Source of the DNA: Candidatus Freyarchaeum deiterrae
GTDB taxonomy: Archaea; Asgardarchaeota; Jordiarchaeia; Jordiarchaeales; Jordiarchaeaceae
Assembly: GCA_037305845.1 (NCBI GenBank)
Contig: CP147778.1
Span: 2,880,001-2,944,000, forward strand
DNA: 64,000 bases
Reading direction: 5' to 3'
The notes under the pieces are model-generated. The model made no database searches and had not been told where the DNA came from. It worked only from the letters and a program-made list of their open reading frames with translations. How positions within the stretch are numbered: the first letter of the stretch is position 1; each line of letters opens with the position of its first letter. Shown here in pieces: positions 57,983-64,000 of the stretch. The position numbers and the translations under genes are program-made.

Positions 57983-60403
57983 CTATATTCTCTCGTATTT
58001 TTTATAATCTGTCTCTTCTTCTCTATCCTGTTTTTCTTCCGTCTTTTCTTTCGTCTCACTAGTTTCTTTTTCTACGACCGTTTCCACTTTTCTGACGCGT
58101 TTGTGTTTCATTTCTTTTTCGGGTTCTTTTTCTAACTCACTAGTTTCTTTTTCGGGTTCTGGTTCTTTTTCTATGACTGATTTTCTGATGAGTTTGACTT
58201 TGCTTCTCTGTTTCTCTTCTTCTTCCTCGATTATCCGTAGCACGCCTGCGCTTATTTCACCAGAGACTCCCACAGATTGCAATAGTCTTTCACGGTCACT
58301 GGGAGTGGCTTTCAGAAGTTCTGTAACCAATGCGTTTGCTTCGTGATAACCAATTCCTGACTCCGCTAATAGAGGTACTAGTTGACCCACGAGTGGTAAA
58401 GGCACTAACACCTTGGTTCTAGGCTCCACACCAATGATACTTAGTTCATCTGCTAAAATCTTGGTTCTTACACTCTCGCGTGAAACAACATTCGCTTCAA
58501 ATTTTTCTCCGCGGCTCATAGCCACTATCATCTGGTCAATTCTCCGCACAATAGCGGGTATCCTCGCTCTCTTGACATATACGTATCCCGTAAACCCACT
58601 GGAAGGTATAGCTAACGAAAATAATGCGACTAGGAATATGGTTACGGGCACACGGACATTGGCGAATGGAATCAGGACTGAGCTCTCTTTCCCTTGCACT
58701 AGGAAGGTCAATTGCTGCGGCTGATTTAGCCCCGAACTGGCACTGACCTCTAAGACATAAGCTGACTGAGACAAACCAAGCGTCGGAACTACCACCGCGT
58801 AAGAGCCGTCTCCTAGAGAAATCACAGGCAATCCACCAGCGGAAATAGAAGCATCAGAAATCGGCGTTTCCGTAGCTCTGACAGTAGCAGCCGAAGCATT
58901 AGTAGTAGTAGCCTCAGCATATCTGAATGTGAAGATTAAAAATGGCACATCACTTTCAGTTTGTCCAAAGTTGCTTAACTCGAATGTCTTGGGACTCTTT
59001 AAATCGGAGGCATAGAAGGTTGAAGAATACAAAACAGTTGGTACACCCTGAACAAAAAGTAAAGTTTCATTGTATCCCGGATTGTAATTCTGCTTTTCGG
59101 CGTAGATTTCTACATAATAGGCCCCTGGGAGGTACGTGAGATTTAGATTGCCATAATATATACCATTACTATTGTTTGTGTCAATGAGATTACCATTCCC
59201 TACAAGAGATCCGCTGCTATTCCAGACTGTGTAACTAACATTTGCGCCTGTGACTGGCTCATTATGATAAGTGTCGTTTAGTTGAACACTGAAAGGCAGT
59301 TGTTCGAAGATTATACCATTAAGCGGTTTGCTACAATTTATTTCAATCGGAAGCGCTATAACCGATAAAATTGTACCATTAGCTGCAGGTAGGTAACCTT
59401 TACCTGCACCTGCTGTTGCGCTTATGTAAACCTGATACGTTTCACCTCCACTAAGTAGCGACGAAGAAACTGTGAGGAGATAGGACGCATTTGTTCCACT
59501 ACCTGTTTGAGTCAAAAGAGAGAAATTAGTTAAAGGTGTTCCATCAACGGATCTCAGAATCCAAGTTAAGTTTCCACCAAGTGCTGTAGCATCGAGGTTA
59601 ACGTTATTCGTTGAGTTTCTCCAGAATACTTGAAGACTCACATCTGTTCCCTGCATAGCTGGTACATAAGTTGCATTAGGTTGAACATAAGTGAGAATGT
59701 ATGCGCCTCCAGTAGTAAGGTCTACCGTAAAAGTATAATTGCTACTAGAATTAATGGACACATTTAGGTAGCTCCCGTCTAACTGAGTACCATTGGTCCA
59801 AAAGGTTTTGATATCATAATTAGTTCCGGAAACACTTGACCTAATTACGTGGAGCACCGCCCAACCATTAGAGTTGACATATTTTTGGTCAACGATTTGA
59901 TTCCCTGAACTTTTGGTTACATTAACGTAGGCGTTCGTTACAGGCACATAAGTTGTTGAATCTATCTTATATTGTGTTAGACACCATAATGTAACAATAT
60001 CGTTGAGCTTCAAGTTAACAGTTGTATCCGTATTAATTGTCTGTAATGTTGAAGTCTTTGAGTTTCCTAAAGTAGCGCTAAAGTTGTAGGTTCCCTTGTA
60101 CAAGGTGTATGTCACCAAACCGCTAGAATTGGTAATCTCCGGGTAACCACCGTTGTATGTTACAGTTACGCCTGCTAGGGGGTTTCCGTTATAGTCTGTT
60201 ACGTTAACAATTACCGAGTACTGGTACTGGCATTTCTCTCCAGAGAGGGTTATCCCACCTGCTGGGGCACTAGGCGCTGATGAGTATGTTGAAGCTACTG
60301 GTAGTACGGGTATGGACGAGGATTTTGGAATGACGGCTACCAAGAGAAAGATGGATAGAATAAATATACAGGATATGATTATGGCTTTTTTCTTCCTATC
60401 CAT
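57983..60403 (-). CDS. Single-pass cell-surface glycoprotein (carboxypeptidase-regulatory-like/Ig-like ectodomains, TM, charged cytoplasmic tail)
   Basis: Signal peptide MDRKKKAIII.., VTDYNGNPLAGVTV..TNSSG, many N-x-S/T sequons, TM around aa 587-610, Glu/Lys-rich tail. Confidence 0.8.
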   Translation of the reverse strand: MDRKKKAIIISCIFILSIFLLVAVIPKSSSIPVLPVASTYSSAPSAPAGGITLSGEKCQYQYSVIVNVTDYNGNPLAGVTVTYNGGYPEITNSSGLVTYTLYKGTYNFSATLGNSKTSTLQTINTDTTVNLKLNDIVTLWCLTQYKIDSTTYVPVTNAYVNVTKSSGNQIVDQKYVNSNGWAVLHVIRSSVSGTNYDIKTFWTNGTQLDGSYLNVSINSSSNYTFTVDLTTGGAYILTYVQPNATYVPAMQGTDVSLQVFWRNSTNNVNLDATALGGNLTWILRSVDGTPLTNFSLLTQTGSGTNASYLLTVSSSLLSGGETYQVYISATAGAGKGYLPAANGTILSVIALPIEINCSKPLNGIIFEQLPFSVQLNDTYHNEPVTGANVSYTVWNSSGSLVGNGNLIDTNNSNGIYYGNLNLTYLPGAYYVEIYAEKQNYNPGYNETLLFVQGVPTVLYSSTFYASDLKSPKTFELSNFGQTESDVPFLIFTFRYAEATTTNASAATVRATETPISDASISAGGLPVISLGDGSYAVVVPTLGLSQSAYVLEVSASSGLNQPQQLTFLVQGKESSVLIPFANVRVPVTIFLVALFSLAIPSSGFTGYVYVKRARIPAIVRRIDQMIVAMSRGEKFEANVVSRESVRTKILADELSIIGVEPRTKVLVPLPLVGQLVPLLAESGIGYHEANALVTELLKATPSDRERLLQSVGVSGEISAGVLRIIEEEEEKQRSKVKLIRKSVIEKEPEPEKETSELEKEPEKEMKHKRVRKVETVVEKETSETKEKTEEKQDREEETDYKKYERI

Positions 60404-60665
60404 ATATGTCGCCCTCCAATTAGTAACGAGCTATTCTTGGTTTATGGTTGAATGTTTTCTAGCTTTAATTTTGGTATCTCTATCGGTTTTATTTATGCTT
60501 TTAATTTGTTTCTTTTTCGAAATTGTCTATTAAACTTATCTAAAGCATTTGCTAAATAAAGTATATAGTTTACATTCAAATTATTAAACTTATCTAAACT
60601 TTTTCTAGTATTAGATAAATTTTATCACAAAACTATAATGGGAGCCCAAAAACTGAAACAGGAAC

Positions 60666-61292
60666 TCACTTTAAAAATTTTACACGCCTTCCCTCCACTC
60701 TCAGTCTCCCCTCAACAAAAAGCTTAACCGCCTCTACATATATTTCATGTTCCTTTTCCAGAATTCTGTCTGAAAGGGTTTCCTCCGTATCGTCATCATA
60801 AACCGGTACCACGTCCTGAAGTATAATGGGGCCGTGATCCATTTCCGCATCCACAAAGTGAATGGTGGCTCCGGTGTATTTGACGCCGTATTCCAATGCC
60901 TGCTTCTGGGCGTTCACTCCTGGAAAAGATGGGAGTATGGCGGGGTGTATGTTCATCATCCGGTTCTTGTACTTGTTCACAAAGTACGAGCTGAGCATGA
61001 GCATGTAGCCGGCGAGAAGCACCAAGTCCACTTTTCTCCTTTCAAGCTCCGCAATAATCTTCTTATCATACTCAACCCTCTTCTCCTCCCTATGCTCCTT
61101 ATCCTTCCAGAAATCCTGCGGATCAATAAAGACAGCCTCAATCCCGTAATCTCTAGCCCTCTGCAACGCCAGAGCGTCCTCTCGACTGCTAATGACAACA
61201 CTTATCTTTGCTTTGATGTATCCCGACTCCACAGCATCTATAATCGCTTGAAGGTTAGTACCTCTACCCGAAACAAGCACCCCAATATTCAT
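60666..61292 (-). CDS. purN: Phosphoribosylglycinamide formyltransferase
   Basis: VLVSGRGTNLQAII, LAGYM, NIHPAILPSFPG, GATIHFVD..DHGPII; start reassigned to ATG 61292. Confidence 0.95.
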   Translation of the reverse strand: MNIGVLVSGRGTNLQAIIDAVESGYIKAKISVVISSREDALALQRARDYGIEAVFIDPQDFWKDKEHREEKRVEYDKKIIAELERRKVDLVLLAGYMLMLSSYFVNKYKNRMMNIHPAILPSFPGVNAQKQALEYGVKYTGATIHFVDAEMDHGPIILQDVVPVYDDDTEETLSDRILEKEHEIYVEAVKLFVEGRLRVEGRRVKFLK

Positions 61293-61372
61293 TATAAACC
61301 CAACCTGAATTCTAAAAGTTAAATGCAACGCTTAATAATCTCAAATGTTCTTGCCTCAAATAAAAATTTTCA

Positions 61373-61930
61373 TTACTCGCCACTTTGCTTCCTTTTCCTC
61401 TTTTTAATCAAGTTATCAATTTTCTCCAACCTTTCTTTTATTTCGCTTAGTTCTTTATCCCCTTGAGGAATTGGGTTAGCAATTTTTTCAGTTTCTTCGG
61501 CGGAGGAAGCTTCTAGCACTTGTCCGGTACTTGATTCTTTTTCCGTCGCTGCTCCGCTTTCTTCATGCACTGGTGGGGCTGGAAGTTGTTCTTCTGGACT
61601 TCTAGACCAATCAGTATATTTTTCCTCTACACGTTTAGCGGCAGAAATTAGAACACCCTCTTTCTCGTAACTTTCCAATGCTAAGACAACATCGGGGGAA
61701 ACCTTATAGACCACCAAGTTGTTTTTCGCTAATTTTTTGACCTGAAAATCCCCCTTGTCGCAAACTGAAAAAACTTGAACTATTTTTTTAAGAGTTCCCT
61801 CTGATTCAGCCGAAAGTGTGGAATAAAGAATATTACCTGAACAATCAAGAAACGCTACATAAAATCTTCCCGGCAAAAACTGTGCCATCTTCTTCACGAT
61901 TTCACTGAAACCATTGTCCATAAGTTCCAC
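61373..61930 (-). CDS. Roadblock/profilin-like domain protein with an acidic linker and basic C-terminus
   Basis: FYVAFLDCSGNILY..GDFQ..LVVYKVS resembles the N-domain of 47839..48471. Confidence 0.6.
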   Translation of the reverse strand: MELMDNGFSEIVKKMAQFLPGRFYVAFLDCSGNILYSTLSAESEGTLKKIVQVFSVCDKGDFQVKKLAKNNLVVYKVSPDVVLALESYEKEGVLISAAKRVEEKYTDWSRSPEEQLPAPPVHEESGAATEKESSTGQVLEASSAEETEKIANPIPQGDKELSEIKERLEKIDNLIKKRKRKQSGE

Positions 61931-62278
61931 CTTTCCGCGCTTTTATAAATGTTGGAGTTAAACTAAAAAAACTATGCTAATAAATCTTTTTAAAACTCTG
62001 AAAAACAAAACCAATCAAGCATACTTTCAGCCTGCAACCGCGTATTTTCTCAAATATTCTTGTGTGACACCTGCTCAGTTGAATCCATATAAAAAGACCT
62101 TAACCTTTCACTTATATCCGAAAGATGATGTCCGCCCTTCAGAATTGTAAAAATATCTTATTATACATTTTTTCGTTTGAAAAACCACTTTTAAACATGG
62201 AGGATATGAACTAAATAAAAAGAGAAAAGTATAGTTGCACCTATTTAAACAACTTATTATGCCTTTTCGATTTTTGCT

Positions 62279-62770
62279 TCAATAGAGAATCTCTGACCTT
62301 AGGCCAATTCTAATTAATCTTCCACCATAATAGGTGAGTGCTCCGCCCACAATGCCAAGAAATGGGTAAATGAATGAAAGGTATGCGAAATTAGCAGTTA
62401 TGTTATAAATCTGTAAATTCCAGAACAAAAAGATGAAAAATTCTAAGCCGCCAAGTATCAATAATATTCTACCAATCGCATTGATTCGGTTAAGAGGCTT
62501 CCTAGAAATGAGCGCTAGTAAGAGAACATATATAATAATCGAATCTATTAATCCAAAATACGCAATCAAAAGCCATTGCATGCTAATCTGTGAAACGTAG
62601 GGATAAAAATAAATCCAAAGCCCAGAAGTTAAATTATCAAATACGTTTGTGCCAAGTGGCTGAAAATTAAAAATGTTTGGCTGATACAAAAGCATCCAAA
62701 TAGATGCAATGGTCACTAGAATGACGCCGGCAATAGCCAACGAAATACCGTATTTTACACGTGAGTTCAA
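62279..62770 (-). CDS. 4-TM hypothetical membrane protein
   Basis: Hydrophobic; similar to 63014..63442 (VKYGISLAIAGVIL / LGIVGGALTYYGG). Confidence 0.7.
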   Translation of the reverse strand: MNSRVKYGISLAIAGVILVTIASIWMLLYQPNIFNFQPLGTNVFDNLTSGLWIYFYPYVSQISMQWLLIAYFGLIDSIIIYVLLLALISRKPLNRINAIGRILLILGGLEFFIFLFWNLQIYNITANFAYLSFIYPFLGIVGGALTYYGGRLIRIGLRSEILY

Positions 62771-63013
62771 CTTCTCAAACTCCCCTAAATTGTTTATGAA
62801 GTGGTACTCTTTCTAAAACTGTTTTTAATTTTATCTCTATCTAATAAAGGTTTCACTTTATGCAATTTAAAAACAAAAACATTCAAAAAAAGCACTAACA
62901 ACCTTTAGTAATTTGAAGAACTTTATGAAATTATAATCACAGAAAAAAGTAAGATGAATAAATCAGCAAACTATAAAATAAAAAGAGAAAAGGATGGTTT
63001 GGTCATTTAATTC

Positions 63014-63442
63014 TTATTTGGATTTCTTGGCTTTTGCTTCCTTAGTGGGTTTCTGTGGCTTTGCACCTGCTCCTGGACTCAGACCAATCTTAGCCATTAT
63101 TCCACCAATTACGGCGAGTGCTCCACCCAAAATCCCAAGGTACAGGAAACCGAAGATGTTTAGTGCCTCCAAGACTCCAAGGATAATCGCTAGTGTAAGA
63201 ATCGTGTTTATATGTTTTAAAAGCTTCTTAGCAACGAGCGCTAGAATTAGAACAACTATAATAACCGAAGCGGCGAAGCTCAAATACCCAAGCAAAACAA
63301 ATAACATGTTAGTCGATAGTCCAGCAAAAAGTGAAGTGAAAAAGCTTGGAGGAATCAGAAGCATCCAAAAGAAAGGAATGAGACCCAGAATGCCACCGAT
63401 AAGAGCCAACGGAATACCGATTTTTACGTATGTCAAATTCAA
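63014..63442 (-). CDS. 4-TM hypothetical membrane protein (tandem paralog of 62279..62770)
   Basis: VKIGIPLALIGGIL / LGILGGALAVIGG; Lys-rich tail. Confidence 0.7.
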   Translation of the reverse strand: MNLTYVKIGIPLALIGGILGLIPFFWMLLIPPSFFTSLFAGLSTNMLFVLLGYLSFAASVIIVVLILALVAKKLLKHINTILTLAIILGVLEALNIFGFLYLGILGGALAVIGGIMAKIGLSPGAGAKPQKPTKEAKAKKSK

Positions 63443-63787
63443 TTTCTATAACTCCCTAACTTGCTTGTATAAATAAATAATTTAACAAAAAACAATTTAA
63501 ACATAGCCTGAATCAAATTAAGGGTTTACGTTAAATGACGTATTTAAACAAAAATACTATGAACAATCACATAACTAAACAAGAAAAGTAGAAAAGCACT
63601 CGAAAACCATGATTCAAAGATTTGGGAGGAAAACATTTGTGTCCCAAAAGAGCAAGAGAGGAAAAGGAACAATTAAAAAACAATCAAGTAAAATAGAAGA
63701 TATTTAACTTACCACTTATTGATTTTCGCAAATACTATGCAGTTAGTCGTGCAAAGCGAAACAATACCTACCCATGGGATGATTAAC

Positions 63788-64000
63788 ATGGCTGTGTCAC
63801 AAAAGGTTAGAGTAAATTGGAGGGATTGGAATGAGGAGGCCTTCAAAGTAGCCGAAAGGGAAGGCAAGTTGATACTACTCAATCTCTCGGCCACCTGGTG
63901 CTATTGGTGTCGTGTAATGGATGAAACTTCTTATTCCGATCCTGAGATTATTGATATTATTAATTCAAAATTTATTCCGGTACTGGTTAATATCGACCGG
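63788..64000 (+). CDS. DUF255 / YyaL-type thioredoxin-domain protein (5' part; runs off the right window edge)
   Basis: Not in the ORF track. Manual translation: MAVSQKVRVNWRDWNEEAFKVAEREGKLILLNLSATWCYWCRVMDETSYSDPEIIDIINSKFIPVLVNIDR (WCxWCxVM motif). Confidence 0.88.
   Translation, partial: MAVSQKVRVNWRDWNEEAFKVAEREGKLILLNLSATWCYWCRVMDETSYSDPEIIDIINSKFIPVLVNIDR

Noticed and set aside
63709-63894. Minus-strand 61-aa ORF, and the plus-strand ORF 62994..63476
   Set aside because: They are antisense shadows of the DUF255 thioredoxin-domain gene and of the membrane protein 63014..63442.

Overview
AT-rich archaeal chromosomal window, most likely from an Asgard archaeon (inference: a Rab-like GTPase beside longin-like and roadblock/profilin-like proteins, V4R-like proteins, GGTGA/GAGG Shine-Dalgarno sites, frequent TTG/GTG starts). 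Much of it is ordinary metabolism: two acyl-CoA dehydrogenases, a CoA-transferase pair, two LLM oxidoreductases, MoxR+vWA, NAD kinase, an ADP-forming acyl-CoA synthetase subunit, purN, SlyD and a VapBC module. The standout is a nine-gene paralog family in two divergent tandem arrays (4898-9773 minus, 3 genes x 4 repeats; 20686-26405 plus, 6 genes x 2 repeats). The genes typically encode an N-terminal zinc ribbon plus tandem ~100-aa OB-fold-like repeats with a fixed framework and hypervariable loops. Each gene has a conserved ~115-bp upstream element. The family also shows gene-conversion-like identical tracts, mosaic ancestry, a cryptic in-frame repeat behind a stop codon and a relic of a lost copy, and looks like a diversifying cytoplasmic binding-protein repertoire. 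A second candidate system is at 37.6-45.8 kb: an amidohydrolase, a Cdc48-N-domain/vWA fusion with no ATPase, and a 1399-aa GCS2 (COOH-NH2 ligase) fused to beta-sandwich domains. No rRNA, tRNA, CRISPR array, reverse transcriptase, integrase or transposase was recognised. All family calls come from motif recognition by eye, not database searches.
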